IMG/VR virus record: IMGVR_UViG_3300044262_000072
Coordinates: 1 to 34,695 of that record
Strand: one strand, 5' to 3'
From: a virus
Lineage: Duplodnaviria > Caudoviricetes
Length of the DNA: 34,695 bases
Shown: positions 33,628 through 34,695 of the stretch, one piece after another
Layout: the number at the start of each line of letters is the position of its first letter
Numbering within the stretch: the first letter of the stretch is position 1
Notes under the pieces: generated by a model
Database searches by the model: none
What the model was told of the DNA's origin: nothing
The model's input: the letters and a program-made list of their open reading frames with translations, nothing else
Program-made: the position numbers and the translations under genes

Positions 33628-33648
33628 ATGAAATTTATTTGAGGTGAG

Positions 33649-34695
33649 ATGTATACTGACTGCGAAATTAGAGGCGAGTTTCAAGAAAACTACCGCTACG
33701 CTAGTGATTTCTGGGCACCCTATTTCAAAGATGCACAGGTTTACACATTAGCAGCGTCTGGATATACATGGTCTGATGAAGAGCGCAAGGCCCTTATCAA
33801 AGAAGGTCGTGAACCCCTAGAATTTAATATTATTCGTCGCCCCCTTCAGTTTTTCTCTGGCTATTTACGTGATAACATCAATGAGATTGTATATGGTCCA
33901 GTTGAAGGATCAGATCAAAAAACTGCTGATCAATTTACTAAGCTTGGTTACTACATTTGGGATAAAGGACAAGGTTTCCCTATTTTCTTAGATGCCTGCG
34001 ATGAGATGTTTAAATCTGGAATGTCTCTTTGCGGTATCCAAATGGACTACTCAAAAGATTTTATCAATGGCGATATATCTTTTTTTAAGCGCACATATAA
34101 TTCATTTGTTCTTGATCCAACATTTGAGAATATCTCTCTTAATGATTGCTCTTTTGCCATCACAAGAGATCTAGTCGATAAAAATGTTGCTAAGCAGTTG
34201 CTCCCATTTATTGATCCAAAAGAGATTGATGATTTGCAAATGTCGTATCGTGACGACAAATTTATGCAATATCACCCAGAATTTACGACATTCTCGCGCA
34301 AGCGCAATCTGCTAGCTTATGATCAATACTATAAGCGCACATCGCGAAAGCGTAAGATGCTTGTTGATCTTAATAACTCACATTACAGAGATATCACGGA
34401 TCTAGACAAAGATGAACTTGATCGACTTAAATTAGGTCTATCTAGAATAGAAAGGCTTAAATATTCAGGCGAAGGCATTGATTCTGAAAATCTGCCTAAT
34501 GTAGAGATCATGAATGTCGATCGTCCATATATTGAGTTGCATATACTTCTTAATGGCATCCCTTTTTATTGTGGTGAGGACAAAACAGGTGTCGTAGAGA
34601 CTTACCCTTTTGTTCCAATCTTAGGATACTTTGAGCCGTCGATATGGATGCCATCGCAAAGAGTTCAAGGAATTGCTTCGTGCAACTGGTCTATG
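33649..34695 (+). CDS. Portal protein, N-terminal part (missing from the ORF track because it runs off the window end)
   Basis: MYTDCEIRGEFQENYRYA...GYTWSDEERKAL..EGREPLEFNIIRRPL..FSG...N...I.YGPVEGSDQKTA: 349 open codons in frame with 80-1258, about 725 aa in total; P22-like portal N-terminus. Confidence 0.9.
   Translation, partial: MYTDCEIRGEFQENYRYASDFWAPYFKDAQVYTLAASGYTWSDEERKALIKEGREPLEFNIIRRPLQFFSGYLRDNINEIVYGPVEGSDQKTADQFTKLGYYIWDKGQGFPIFLDACDEMFKSGMSLCGIQMDYSKDFINGDISFFKRTYNSFVLDPTFENISLNDCSFAITRDLVDKNVAKQLLPFIDPKEIDDLQMSYRDDKFMQYHPEFTTFSRKRNLLAYDQYYKRTSRKRKMLVDLNNSHYRDITDLDKDELDRLKLGLSRIERLKYSGEGIDSENLPNVEIMNVDRPYIELHILLNGIPFYCGEDKTGVVETYPFVPILGYFEPSIWMPSQRVQGIASCNWSM
34569..34695. 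repeat. Terminal direct repeat, copy 2
   Basis: Identical to 1-127. Confidence 0.97.

Noticed and set aside
34569-34695. 127-bp terminal repeat as a biological direct terminal repeat
   Set aside because: Its length equals a common assembler k-mer and it falls mid-portal, so it marks circular assembly rather than virion ends.

Overview
The window is a complete, circularly permuted genome of a tailed dsDNA phage with a podovirus-type gene set. Bases 1-127 are identical to 34569-34695, so the unit length is 34,568 bp and the portal gene (about 725 codons) spans the junction. Modules, in order: (+) portal, scaffold, N4-gp56-type major capsid protein, decoration, adaptor, nozzle and ejection proteins (33649 through the junction to 14042); (-) terminase small subunit and small membrane proteins (15549-14036); (+) small early genes (15766-16836); (-) Cro-like regulator, replication initiator with internal iterons, DnaC-like loader, RusA-like protein, lipoprotein and a degenerate tRNA (20821-16910); (+) Bet, DUF29, YqaJ recombination genes (20948-23950); (-) tail fibre/spike cluster (31558-23922); (+) ribbon-helix-helix regulator and terminase large subunit (31684-33538). 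There are five HNH-type genes, one with its catalytic core deleted. I recognise no integrase, CI repressor, endolysin, polymerase, reverse transcriptase or CRISPR array. The most striking unannotated signals are two tandem ~95-nt counter-transcribed RNA units (promoter plus terminator) upstream of the replication initiator, resembling plasmid copy-number control; RBS-sequestering hairpins with internal promoters in front of HNH genes; three dispersed E1-FCCH-like domains in virion proteins; terS uncoupled from terL; and hints of an environmental Chlamydiota host. All product calls come from reading motifs by eye; no searches were run.
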